From the NCBI GenBank assembly GCA_965216875.1, contig OZ244207.1, positions 800,001-864,000 of the forward strand: DNA of 64,000 nt. Reading direction: 5' to 3'. Of the stretch, positions 51,144-63,866 are shown one piece after another (within the stretch, counting starts at the first letter, position 1; each line of letters starts with the position of its first letter). The stretch is from Rubripirellula sp. (GTDB lineage: Bacteria > Planctomycetota > Planctomycetia > Pirellulales > Pirellulaceae). Position numbers and translations under genes: made by a program. The notes under the pieces were generated by a model that saw only the letters and a list, made by a program, of their open reading frames with translations, ran no database searches and was not told the DNA's origin.

Positions 51144-52046
51144 CTATCGCAACTCGGTCGCGTTGGGCAGCGGACGAGACGGGGTGAAGATAAAGAACGG
51201 CTGTTTCGCCCAAGGAAGTTGGCCCGCAGTCGTGCTCTCAAGTTCGATTTTTCTCGGGGCACTCCAGACCGCGGTGTCCCCACGTCTCAATTCCAGCTCG
51301 TGGTAGTGCCCCGGAGCTGCTGCGAAGACGTACTCCGCTGAATCATCCTCGCGTTGCCTCGCCTCGATCAACAGAAGAATCTCGGCATCGGTGGAGACGG
51401 TTAGGGCAAACACCGCTCCGTCGATGATGCGTTCGTCGGTGGCTTCGTAGCGGACAAGCGGGCGCGGAAGAAGTCGCAATTTCGAAGGTGGTTTGTCAGT
51501 GATGCGAAGGATGCCCGAGAAGCTGCGGGCCAAGGCTCTCATTTGGATCAACCGCTGAGCCTCGGAGCCAAGCGGCGTTGGTGCATCGTCGATTGATTGC
51601 CAAATCAAGCCGGATGCCTCCGGACTCCAAACCACTTCACCTTCAAAGCTGGCCGTTACGGCACCTGGCGCGATCGACAGCATTTCGTGGCGGCACCATG
51701 TCTTGCCGGCGTACTCATAAGTGAATACCGATCCAAGCACGCACGGCCGACCCTTCTGCTGCCAAGCGTAAAGAGCACCATGCAAATCTTCGCGTTCAGG
51801 ATTATCCCACTTCAGGATCGGTCGTGACCGAAGCTCGAGCGGTTTGGAGCCCAACTCCATCACATAAGTTTCGGCAACCTTCTGAAAGTGCCGGTGCAAC
51901 TCCTCGGGCCCATAGTTGTCCTGTGCCACCGACGGCGTCAGTAGGCAAAAGAATGTGACGCCCAAGAACAGAAGTGTGACACCAAACTGCAAACAGGACT
52001 TTCGCGAATTCATCCGGCGCCTCAAACAAACGAGTGGTTGCTGCAT
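51144..52046 (-). CDS. Planctomycete-type secreted hypothetical protein
   Basis: Long ORF with signal-like N-terminus; LRLLPRPLVRY..DGAVFA..TDAEILLLIEA. Start uncertain. Confidence 0.7.
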   Translation of the reverse strand: MQQPLVCLRRRMNSRKSCLQFGVTLLFLGVTFFCLLTPSVAQDNYGPEELHRHFQKVAETYVMELGSKPLELRSRPILKWDNPEREDLHGALYAWQQKGRPCVLGSVFTYEYAGKTWCRHEMLSIAPGAVTASFEGEVVWSPEASGLIWQSIDDAPTPLGSEAQRLIQMRALARSFSGILRITDKPPSKLRLLPRPLVRYEATDERIIDGAVFALTVSTDAEILLLIEARQREDDSAEYVFAAAPGHYHELELRRGDTAVWSAPRKIELESTTAGQLPWAKQPFFIFTPSRPLPNATELR

Positions 52047-52095
52047 GAATTAGACATTGTGTCTGAGTGTGGGCGTCGGTGCAAGTGGCAGCCAT

Positions 52096-52171
52096 GTAGC
52101 TACGCTCGCAGAGCGTGGATGTGATACCGGCGACTTTCCGAGAGAGACCACCGTTCGGCGACGGTAGCTAC
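52096..52171. repeat. Inverted GTAG-type REP doublet (REPIN-like), family D
   Basis: GTAGCTACGCTCGCAGAGCGTGG (52096-52118) and, on the minus strand, GTAGCTACCGTCGCCGAACGGTGG (52148-52171). Confidence 0.8.
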
Positions 52172-52177
52172 GGCGCG

Positions 52178-53782
52178 TCAGGACCCTTTCAATTCGCTTG
52201 ATTCCCAAACGCCGTTGCCATCTTTGTCGCGCGCTTTGAATCGACGTTCGAGCGCGGGGACGGTGTCGCCTGTTCGGCCATTGAGAAACTCTTCCCACGT
52301 GACCTTTGCATCGCCATTCTTGTCGCGTGCCTTGAAGAGTTGCGGGTCAGCAAGTGGCTTGCGTTTGTTGGCCGATCGATTTTGAACTGCCTTCATGCTT
52401 GGCGGTTTCTTATCCCGTTTGCCGTCCAAGTACCAATCAAAGTAGTCGTTTCCGGTGATGCTGACCTTTGGCGGCAGGCCCGCTGGTTTTAACGTTTCGC
52501 CCCATCGGTCCCATTGCGATCGCAATTGAGCGGCGATGTGTTTGTGTTGGCTGAGGAGGTTGTTGGATTCGCCGATGTCCTGATCGAGATCGTAAAGCCA
52601 CTCGCGGCCGCCAGCGGCAAGGTATTTCCACTTGCCTTTGCGGATTGCGGCCTGACCGCTCCACCGCCAATAGAGCGCCTCATGGGGCGGCGTCTTGAGG
52701 TCGCCTTGCAGGTAGGGAATCAGGTTCACGCCATCAAGGACTGGATCGTGATCGAGCCCAGCGATCGCATTGATGGTGGCAGCAACGTCGAGCGAGATGA
52801 CAGGATGATCGAACGTTTTTCCAGCTGGCAGCGTTCCGGGCCAGGCGACAACAAATGGCGTACGAATCCCACCCTCGGTCAGCATGCCTTTTTCGCCGTT
52901 AAGCGGATCGTTCAGCGAACCATCCCAACCCGGGCCGCCGCCTGGTGCGTCCAGTTTGTGGATTTTCAGCGGTGCACCATTGTCGCTGATGAAAAACAGA
53001 AGCGTGTTGTTCTCGAGTTTGTGTTGCTTCAAGGTCGCAACCACTTTGCCGACACCCTCGTCAACGGACGAGAGCATCGCGAGCGCTTGACGGCGACGCT
53101 CAGGCATCTCGCCGGGAAACCGCTTGAGGTATTTCGGGGGAGCGTCGAGTGGGACGTGCGGTGCGCGATAGGCAAGATAGAAAAAGAATGGCTTGTCTTT
53201 GAACTTGGTGATGAACGCACTCGCAGCCGCACTGCACGCATCGACGTGGTACATGCCAGTCGATTCAGGGCCAAGTGGCACGTCGCTGCCGTCGAGATCG
53301 ATGTTCGCCACGCCAGGTCGGTTCGCGTTCTTGTAAAAGACTTTGTCGAATCCATGGTCGACGATTTCGCGTGCAGGACCGAGATGCCATTTGCCTGCCA
53401 TGCCCGTTGCATAGCCAGCGTTTTTCAATCGTTCGGCAATGGTGAGCGACTTGCCGAAACCAGCAAGTCCATCGGGCTCCTGCGCGGTCTTGTTCGATTC
53501 GAGTCCAAATCGGTTTTGGTACCGGCCGGTTAGAAGTCCGCCGCGCGATGGAACACATTGCGGAGCGGTGATGTAGCCGTTTGTCATGCGGATGCCCCGA
53601 GCCGCCATCGCATCGATGTTGGGCGTCTTGAGGTCGGGAAAGATGTCCTGGCAGCCAAGGTCGGAATAGCCGTGATCATCAGTGAAGATCACGATGACAT
53701 TGGGGGGACGGGTTGGCGTGGTTTGGGCGTGAGCGGACAGGAACGTGAACAGCACAAACGCAAGGGCGATGGGTCTTCTCAT
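52178..53782 (-). CDS. Sulfatase (S1) with C-terminal EF-hand pair
   Basis: PNVIVIFTDDHG; CVPSR; GKWHLG; SDNG; EGGIRTP; DKNGDAKVTWEE and DKDGNGVWESSE. Confidence 0.95.
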   Translation of the reverse strand: MRRPIALAFVLFTFLSAHAQTTPTRPPNVIVIFTDDHGYSDLGCQDIFPDLKTPNIDAMAARGIRMTNGYITAPQCVPSRGGLLTGRYQNRFGLESNKTAQEPDGLAGFGKSLTIAERLKNAGYATGMAGKWHLGPAREIVDHGFDKVFYKNANRPGVANIDLDGSDVPLGPESTGMYHVDACSAAASAFITKFKDKPFFFYLAYRAPHVPLDAPPKYLKRFPGEMPERRRQALAMLSSVDEGVGKVVATLKQHKLENNTLLFFISDNGAPLKIHKLDAPGGGPGWDGSLNDPLNGEKGMLTEGGIRTPFVVAWPGTLPAGKTFDHPVISLDVAATINAIAGLDHDPVLDGVNLIPYLQGDLKTPPHEALYWRWSGQAAIRKGKWKYLAAGGREWLYDLDQDIGESNNLLSQHKHIAAQLRSQWDRWGETLKPAGLPPKVSITGNDYFDWYLDGKRDKKPPSMKAVQNRSANKRKPLADPQLFKARDKNGDAKVTWEEFLNGRTGDTVPALERRFKARDKDGNGVWESSELKGS

Positions 53783-54004
53783 CAGTGTGGTGGCTTTCTG
53801 ATGGCGTGGAGGTGCGGGCGGAGCTTTTGATTCTAGCTGGTCTGCGATGGGGAGTTTGTCGCTGCAATGTAGGAACTCGAGATGTTTGTTCCGAATAGGG
53901 AGATCGATCCCGGGCGCTCCTGGAGTATCGTTGGTCAGCTAGACTGAACGTTCGAAAAGAGTATTCCGGGCACACGCTCTTATCGCATCTTTGCAGGACA
54001 ACGC

Positions 54005-56545
54005 ATGACCAACTCGGCCGACTCCGATTCGGATCACGAACCTTTTGCGGGCGACGTTCCGACATCGTCACCCGACGGGGAGTTGCCGGTCACGCACGCA
54101 ACCGATGCCGCCGGAACCATCGCCAGCGACGGTCGCGACACGTCGGCAGTTGCTGGTCTGGAGGAATACGAGCTCATCGAAGAGCTGGGGCGCGGCGGCA
54201 TGGGCGTCGTCTATCGGGCTCGTCACAAAACGCTCGGTCGGTCCGTCGCGTTGAAAATGATACTTGCCGGGCAATTCGCTTCGCCAGAAAGCATTCAGCG
54301 ATTTATGTTGGAAGCCGAATCCGCGGCTCGGCTCGATCATCGCGGCATTGTGCCGATCTACGAAATTGGCAAAGCGGGTGAGCATCACTTTTATGCGATG
54401 AAGTTGATCGATGGCAGTCCGCTCTCGGCGCTGTTGTCCGAGTACGAACCCGACCAACGCAAGTCAGCTGCACTGGTGGTGCAGATTGCCGAAGCCGTCC
54501 AGCACGCGCATCAACGTGGTGTGCTGCATCGCGACTTGAAACCGGCGAACATCTTGATTGACGGTGATGACGCTCCTTGGATCACCGACCTCGGCCTTGC
54601 CAAACAACTCGATTCCGAATCGGCAATCACTCAAACGGGGCTTGTGATTGGCTCACCAAGATTCATGTCGCCCGAACAGGCGGCAGGCATGACCGATACG
54701 ACCGTCGCGACGGACGTCTATGCAATGGGGGCAATCCTCTATTGGTTAATTTCAGGACGGCCCCCGATCTCTGGCAAGAGCACGCTTGAGGTGGTGCAAA
54801 AAACGATCGAGCAAGAACCGGAGAGCATTCGTCGTTTGCGGCGCGACGCCGATCGCGACCTGAACCTGATTTGCCTGAAGGCGCTCGAAAAAGCTCCGCA
54901 AGATCGTTACCGGTCGGCTGCCGAATTTGCAACCGAACTTCAGGCGTGGCTTGATGGCGAACCGTTGATGGTCAAACCGCCGTCGCCTGTCCAGTCGACG
55001 TATCGCTGGTTGCGCAAGAATGTTCGAGGCGTCGCCGTTGGAGTGGCGTGCGGCACGCTTGCCGGGTTGGTCACAGGTTTCATCCTGCTCGTGTTGGTCG
55101 GCGAGCAATTGCTTGATTCAGCCAACGAGATCCAATCGAAACTTGCCTCGACCCGCGAACCGTGGATCACTAGCAGCATGGCGTGGATTCAACGTTTGCC
55201 GCCAAGTCTGAGCGACGCTCGACAATGGATCATGTTGATCACAACATCGATCGGGATCGCGACGATTGGTTTGAGTAAACCGAAACAGCGTGAGTCGGGT
55301 GTCGCGGCAGCACTCACGGCGAGTCTTCTCGCTGGCATCCTGGCGTTCATCATTAGCTGGGCTTGGCAACCCATCGGCCAACGTACGGCCTCGGCTGCGG
55401 AAGAGGACATGCAACTGCTAGCGGAGTACTTTTTTCTACACCCCGATGACCGACATCTGGCCGAGCAAACACTGTTTGATCGTTACCCCGGCATCGAGCA
55501 GGTTGAAAGCTGGAAGCGAAGCGATTTGTTGTTGAACAAAATGAGCGTGGATCAAGTCGCGAGTATTCCTCTCGGTGTTTTTGTTGCCGTCGGCGGCGTG
55601 TTGTTCCTCGTCGTGTTGCCAATTTTTGTCAGCAGCCTTTTTGCCGGATTGATTTGGGGACGCGGCTATCGTGGTTGGGGATTTTTCTGGCGGTCGATTG
55701 AAGTAGGGCTTTTGTCATCCGTGTTGCTCTTTTTGCTCAGCAGGTCGTTTGGCAATTTTGTTGGACCACCGCCACTGCTCTTCTATCAAGTCGTTTCCCT
55801 CGTCACGATCGGAATCACGATCACGGTTGCCCTGTCTCGTCGCACGGTCTTTCTGCGTGTGCCGCTGTTCCTGTTCGCACTGGTGACCTGCGTCGCTAAT
55901 CTTTCCGATTCGAATCACGTTCAAGCCGCCAACTGGCACGCTCGAATCGCTGAAACCGACGGCCAATATCGACGGGCCGCGAGCCTCCTTGAACGCAAAC
56001 TCGCTAACTCGAACGAGCGTGTGAATCGGTTCCATTTGGCGACGCTCTATGCGTACCTTGGGGATGATGACAAGTACGTCGAGCACTGTGAGCAGCTCGT
56101 GCGCCACGGCAATTTTTACAACCGCGAGGTAGCCGAACAGGCATCCAAAGCGATGTTGCTTAAACCTGATTTGCACCAGGACATCGAACGAGCACACCAG
56201 TTGGCGCGGTGGGCGTCGGAGCAACGTGCATTCAACGGCTGGGACTACCTCTGTCGAGCGCTGTCTGAAGTGCGGCAGGGAAACGTCGAATCGGCGCGTC
56301 AGTGGGCGGAAAAGTCGAGGAACACTGCGGCATCGCAAAGCCAATGGCAACAACACAACATCGTCGCAACCGCCCATCTCGTTGACGCGATCGGTTATCA
56401 GATGGCTAACGAACGATCGAAGGTCGATGAGTCGCTCGGGCTTGCCGAAAAATCGTTCAAGACCGATTCGGTGACGCCCTTTGAAGTGACCCTGACCTAT
56501 CGAATTCTGCGCAGTGAAGTAGGGCAAGATTCACAAGGCAACTAG
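54005..56545 (+). CDS. Ser/Thr protein kinase with multi-pass membrane region and helical C-terminus
   Basis: LGRGGMGVVY; VALKMI; HRDLKPAN; DLGLAK; GSPRFMSPEQ; several TM segments. Confidence 0.94.
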   Translation: MTNSADSDSDHEPFAGDVPTSSPDGELPVTHATDAAGTIASDGRDTSAVAGLEEYELIEELGRGGMGVVYRARHKTLGRSVALKMILAGQFASPESIQRFMLEAESAARLDHRGIVPIYEIGKAGEHHFYAMKLIDGSPLSALLSEYEPDQRKSAALVVQIAEAVQHAHQRGVLHRDLKPANILIDGDDAPWITDLGLAKQLDSESAITQTGLVIGSPRFMSPEQAAGMTDTTVATDVYAMGAILYWLISGRPPISGKSTLEVVQKTIEQEPESIRRLRRDADRDLNLICLKALEKAPQDRYRSAAEFATELQAWLDGEPLMVKPPSPVQSTYRWLRKNVRGVAVGVACGTLAGLVTGFILLVLVGEQLLDSANEIQSKLASTREPWITSSMAWIQRLPPSLSDARQWIMLITTSIGIATIGLSKPKQRESGVAAALTASLLAGILAFIISWAWQPIGQRTASAAEEDMQLLAEYFFLHPDDRHLAEQTLFDRYPGIEQVESWKRSDLLLNKMSVDQVASIPLGVFVAVGGVLFLVVLPIFVSSLFAGLIWGRGYRGWGFFWRSIEVGLLSSVLLFLLSRSFGNFVGPPPLLFYQVVSLVTIGITITVALSRRTVFLRVPLFLFALVTCVANLSDSNHVQAANWHARIAETDGQYRRAASLLERKLANSNERVNRFHLATLYAYLGDDDKYVEHCEQLVRHGNFYNREVAEQASKAMLLKPDLHQDIERAHQLARWASEQRAFNGWDYLCRALSEVRQGNVESARQWAEKSRNTAASQSQWQQHNIVATAHLVDAIGYQMANERSKVDESLGLAEKSFKTDSVTPFEVTLTYRILRSEVGQDSQGN

Positions 56546-56562
56546 AATTTGTCGATAGTCGC

Positions 56563-56579
56563 CTTTCGCTCCGCGAAAG
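56563..56579. repeat. Short perfect hairpin CTTTCGC-TCC-GCGAAAG (REP-like family C, or terminator)
   Basis: 7-bp perfect stem between convergent genes; single copy in this window. Confidence 0.5.
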
Positions 56580-56597
56580 TTGCGTTGTTGCCGCCCC

Positions 56598-56673
56598 TGA
56601 GCCGTTCGCGCTAGCGTCGGGCCCTAAGAAGTCACTACGAATGTAAGGCCCGACGCTAGCGCGTACGGCTCAC
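56598..56673. repeat. Inverted REP doublet, family B
   Basis: TGAGCCGTTCGCGCTAGCGTCGGGCC (56598-56623) is the reverse complement, with 1 mismatch, of GGCCCGACGCTAGCGCGTACGGCTCA (56647-56672). Confidence 0.88.
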
Positions 56674-56686
56674 GGGCATGTGTCGC

Positions 56687-60047
<3,361 letters not shown>

Positions 60048-60112
60048 CGCAAGGGTCTGAGCACGGCTCAGCAGTGTCCGTGAGCCGCCGGCCAGTCGTG
60101 CGTTCCAAAGAA

Positions 60113-60219
60113 CACCCTCCCGCTTGCGGGAGGGTCGGACGCTAAGTCCGGGGAGGGCATGGTTCCTCAAAAACAAACCCTCTCCGGGCCTTAGAGCCCG
60201 ACTCTCCCGAGGGAGAGTG
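60113..60219. repeat. Inverted doublet of multi-hairpin CCCTCCC/GGGAGGG element, family E
   Basis: ACCCTCCCGC-TT-GCGGGAGGGT + CGGAC-GCTAA-GTCCG + GGGAGGG, then the mirror copy CCCTCTC + CGGGC..GCCCG + ACTCTCCC-GA-GGGAGAGT. Confidence 0.8.
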
Positions 60220-60297
60220 CTAAGACGCGCAGTTTAGAAACGGGTGAAAACGCAATTGCACCTGCCGAGGCTAACACCAAAACCAATCAGGTTGTGG

Positions 60298-60693
60298 CTA
60301 GTCGCCGCGGTGATCGTCGATGATTTGCTTGATGCGTTCAGGATCGGGCAGGCCGTTGACTTCGATTTCGAGTCCTGATTGGCCGGCGCTTGAAATCCCG
60401 ATCCAGCCAACGTTGAACATTCGCTGGAAGAAAGATTGGCGAACTTGAATGTTGCGAACGTTGCTGTGGAAGACGTCGTTGGTGTACTTGGACATGATTC
60501 CTTTACGCAACGTCGTCTGTTCGTTGGTGACGATGAGCGTTGTGCCAAGGTTTCGAATCCACCACACCAGCAACATGATCAAGCCGATTCCGACCAGACT
60601 CAAGATCACGCAAAGGGTGAAGTAGAAGGGGTGGTTTCGAAACATGGACGGATGCGCTTCGTAAAGCACTTCCTCGTCCGGTTCAACACTCAT
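60298..60693 (-). CDS. Bacterial PH (bPH_2) domain membrane protein
   Basis: EEVLYEAHPS; TM hairpin; VTNEQTTLRKGI; VRQSFFQRMFNVG.IGISSAG. Confidence 0.85.
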   Translation of the reverse strand: MSVEPDEEVLYEAHPSMFRNHPFYFTLCVILSLVGIGLIMLLVWWIRNLGTTLIVTNEQTTLRKGIMSKYTNDVFHSNVRNIQVRQSFFQRMFNVGWIGISSAGQSGLEIEVNGLPDPERIKQIIDDHRGD

Positions 60694-60800
60694 CTGTCCG
60701 TCTCCCGAAGTTTAAGATGTGGCTTCATTTTGCCCGATCTGAACGGGCACAGAAAGCCTACCTTCGGGGCGCTCTTTGGCCAACGCAGTCGATTCCGCGA

Positions 60801-61676
60801 TTAGAGCTTCTTCAAGTGCTTCATGCTTTGGCGAATGCTCTTGAGCGGATGTGGCGAGTGGTCTTGTTCGACGTGACAGATTCTGACACCTGCTTCGGAT
60901 GCGACATCGATGATTGGTTCCATGTCGATCACGCCGTCCCCAAGTTCCTCGAACGCTTCCTTGGGGATGCCACCGTAGGCAGGCGTCTCTTGCGATTCGT
61001 TCAAATCTTTGAGGTGCAGCTGCGAGACGCGTCCTTTGAGCTTGCGAATCAGTTCGACAGGATCCTTGCCGCCCACGACGACCCAGAAGACATCGACTTC
61101 AAAGTGCATGTCGGGCGAGAACTCCTCGATCATGACTTCGTAGCCCGTTTTGCCACCCTCTTTGGGTTCAAACTCAAACGCGTGGTTGTGATACGACAGT
61201 TGAATGCCTGCTTTCTTGGCTTGCTCGGCACCCCGGTTGCATCGCTCGCATAGCTTCTTGTAGTCGTCGAGGGTTTGCCGGCTGTGGTCATGCAGGTAGG
61301 GAATGACGAGGTCGGTGAGACCGATCTTGTTTGCCTTTTCCAGGACTTCGGCAAACGGAGTGACGCCTTGCTTGTCGGGGTCGGTGACCGACTCCCAAGC
61401 AAAGTGTGACGAGTTCATCGCCAGGCCGGATGCGCGCGATGCTTCGATCATCGGATCGCAGTTTGGGAAGTTGTACATCTCGACTTGCTTGTACCCAGCG
61501 TCGGCTACGGCTTGAATCGTCTTGGAGACGTCGTCGTTGATTTCGTTCCGCAGCGTGTAGAGCTGGATGCCGATTTCTTTCCGGTATTTGTTATCAGGGT
61601 CGAGTGCAAAGAGGCGAGGCGCCGAGATGGCAAGGGTCGCGGCGCTGGTTGCTGCCAAGAACTGTCGTCGTTTCAT
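60801..61676 (-). CDS. Sugar phosphate isomerase/epimerase (xylose-isomerase-like TIM barrel), Tat signal
   Basis: MKRRQFL; IGIQLYTLR; YHNHAFEF; EVDVFW; HLKD; VEQD. Confidence 0.92.
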   Translation of the reverse strand: MKRRQFLAATSAATLAISAPRLFALDPDNKYRKEIGIQLYTLRNEINDDVSKTIQAVADAGYKQVEMYNFPNCDPMIEASRASGLAMNSSHFAWESVTDPDKQGVTPFAEVLEKANKIGLTDLVIPYLHDHSRQTLDDYKKLCERCNRGAEQAKKAGIQLSYHNHAFEFEPKEGGKTGYEVMIEEFSPDMHFEVDVFWVVVGGKDPVELIRKLKGRVSQLHLKDLNESQETPAYGGIPKEAFEELGDGVIDMEPIIDVASEAGVRICHVEQDHSPHPLKSIRQSMKHLKKL

Positions 61677-61773
61677 CGATAACTCGAAAAGTATGCAAAT
61701 GGCTCAGGGAACGGGATGAGGTGGAGCGGCGATGCGCAGAAGGTGGCTTCCATCGACCTGCCGTCACCGACAT

Positions 61774-61802
61774 CGTAGTCGGATTCGCGGAATCAGGCTA
61801 CG
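61774..61802. repeat. GTAG-bounded palindrome (REP-like, family F)
   Basis: CGTAGTCGGATTC-GCG-GAATCAGGCTACG, with GTAG at the 5' end of both strands. Confidence 0.55.
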
Positions 61803-61861
61803 CAGCGAGCTTTGGCTCGGCGAAACCTCGCGAATCAAAGGTTAGAACGAGGGGAGGGCGG

Positions 61862-62761
61862 CTACTTACCCCGACCGAAGATTGCTTCGAGACCGTCGAG
61901 GTTTTCTTGAAGCGCCACCCGGACATCCATTTGCTTGCGGTGTCCGAGAATCCCAATGGGACCGGCGTAGCCCGATTGCACGACCGTTGCGATCATCGCT
62001 CTTTCGTGTTTGCCGTGGCCGATCGAGAGGATTTTGAATTGGGCTGGATTCGCGGCAACCTTGTCAGCGTCGGCCATGCCATTGATGTTCAAGCAGAGGA
62101 GGTTGGGCTTGAGTTGCTGGAGTGACTCGGCAAACGAACCGATGTCGTCATGGGCATGATGAAAGTTGTAGACAATGCCGACGTTGTCTAAGTCGTGTTC
62201 GCTGCGGAGATGATTGCAGACGGCGATGAGGTTATCAGGTTTGCCGCCCCAACCACCATGGTTGTAGAGTCCAAACTGAAGGCCAAGCTCGTCGGCTTTC
62301 TGGGCAAACGGGAGGACAGCCGCTGCGGCGCTACGGACTCGATCGGCTTGCGTGTCGCCATTGGGTGACGGACAGGTGCGCCAAATCTGGGGTTGAATCC
62401 CATGCTTTTTGATCAGCGGCGCCATGTCATCGTGCCAGCTCCAAAAAGCGAAGTACTCGATGCCATGTTTCTTGTATTCGAGGATCTCCTGCTCGAAGGT
62501 GGCGACGTGTTCCTTTCGCCAATCGTAGGCGACGCGTTTCAAGCCGAGGTCGCTCACCATCGCCGCCCGCTCTGCCGGATCACGATTCTTGGCATCGAAC
62601 GGAACGATGCACCATGCGACGAGGTTTTCTTTGCTAAACGATTCGGGGGCTTCCGTCGGCTGCTGCCAAGCAAACACGTCGCCCCAAAAACCGCTGAGCA
62701 GCAAACTGATCGACAAAAGAAGGCAACGCATCGAGATCAACCTTTGTGTAGACGACACCAA
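61862..62761 (-). CDS. Secreted xylose-isomerase-like TIM barrel protein
   Basis: NLVAWCIVPFD; LYNHGGWGG; VYNFHH; GYAGPIGILGH. Confidence 0.82.
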   Translation of the reverse strand: MVSSTQRLISMRCLLLSISLLLSGFWGDVFAWQQPTEAPESFSKENLVAWCIVPFDAKNRDPAERAAMVSDLGLKRVAYDWRKEHVATFEQEILEYKKHGIEYFAFWSWHDDMAPLIKKHGIQPQIWRTCPSPNGDTQADRVRSAAAAVLPFAQKADELGLQFGLYNHGGWGGKPDNLIAVCNHLRSEHDLDNVGIVYNFHHAHDDIGSFAESLQQLKPNLLCLNINGMADADKVAANPAQFKILSIGHGKHERAMIATVVQSGYAGPIGILGHRKQMDVRVALQENLDGLEAIFGRGK

Positions 62762-62763
62762 TG

Positions 62764-63357
62764 CTATTGGGATACGCGTTTCGGCATCAGTTCAGTAAAT
62801 TCCTCTTCGCTTTGGTCGATGCGAAGAGGCCATGATTGAAACGCTTCGCGGATGTCCTCGTCGGTAATGTCTTCGCGAGGAATCCCCTGCGCCACCATGG
62901 ACGCGACAAAGGCGTCCGCGTCGGGCGCGGCAATCACAAACGCGTCGCGTTCTTTTTTGATCGGCATCGGAAGCCACGGGTCGTCCGGGCCAAAGTCAAG
63001 CAACAGGTTGTCACTTGCATCAATAGCGTAGGTACCGCGGCGTGAGTCGGCGTCGCCTTCGAACTGAGTTTGAGCGACGTTGCCTGGCAACAACGAAAGC
63101 ACGAACAAATTGTCGGCTGACCGAAATCGCAACCCTTGGGTGCGCTGGACATTGGCCATCACTTCACTTGCCAATTCGGTCAACGCTTGTGGTGCAGCGA
63201 TGGTTGCTGGCAATGCTTCGAGGCCTTCCTCCTGAGTCGTGCGCGATGTCGTCTCGTTGGCGGCAACCACATCGGTTGGCTCGGTTGACGAATGGCATCC
63301 ACCTGCGATAAGGGTCATGCAGGCGATCAAAGAGCCAAACGACTTGGTTGAAAACAC
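62764..63357 (-). CDS. Hypothetical lipoprotein
   Basis: Lipobox-like IAGGC; tightly spaced between co-oriented genes. Confidence 0.65.
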   Translation of the reverse strand: MFSTKSFGSLIACMTLIAGGCHSSTEPTDVVAANETTSRTTQEEGLEALPATIAAPQALTELASEVMANVQRTQGLRFRSADNLFVLSLLPGNVAQTQFEGDADSRRGTYAIDASDNLLLDFGPDDPWLPMPIKKERDAFVIAAPDADAFVASMVAQGIPREDITDEDIREAFQSWPLRIDQSEEEFTELMPKRVSQ

Positions 63358-63362
63358 AGCGT

Positions 63363-63815
63363 CTACTTGATGGAGTGCAATTCGACCTTGAAATGTAATG
63401 TCGAATTCGGTGGGATTCCTGGGCGACCCGCTTCACCGTAGGCCAGGTCGGAAGGAACTTCGAGCTCGATCATTCCACCAACACCAACCAGTTGGAGCCC
63501 TTCGGTCCAGCCGGCGATCACACCACTCAGCGCGAACTGAGCGGGTTCGGCACGTGCGTACGACGAGTCGAACTGAGTGCCATTGTCTAGCCAACCAGAG
63601 TAATCAACGACCACGACGTTGTTTGCGGTCGGTTTGTCCAAATCCGATTTCCGCAAAATGCGGTATTTCAAGCCCGATTCGGCCTGGGTGAATTCTTCGG
63701 GAGCATCCTCATCAATCACGTTGGGGCCCATCTTGGGCTTGCCGCTGCAACCAACAGCGAGAAGGGAGAGGGTGGCTACCAAAACCAAGGATGGTGCAAA
63801 GATGCGCTGCAGCAT
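63363..63815 (-). CDS. FKBP-type peptidyl-prolyl cis-trans isomerase (lipoprotein)
   Basis: LAVGC; SGLKY; YSGWLDNGTQFDSS; VIAGWTEGL; LAYG; IPPNSTLHFKVEL. Confidence 0.95.
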   Translation of the reverse strand: MLQRIFAPSLVLVATLSLLAVGCSGKPKMGPNVIDEDAPEEFTQAESGLKYRILRKSDLDKPTANNVVVVDYSGWLDNGTQFDSSYARAEPAQFALSGVIAGWTEGLQLVGVGGMIELEVPSDLAYGEAGRPGIPPNSTLHFKVELHSIK

Positions 63816-63866
63816 GGCGATAGGATTGTGTGCGAAGGATGTGTGAACCGAGCGTCGGGCAAGTCG

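Noticed and set aside
52514..53533. 339-aa ORF antisense to the sulfatase
   Set aside because: Lies fully within a well-supported gene on the other strand; typical antisense shadow.
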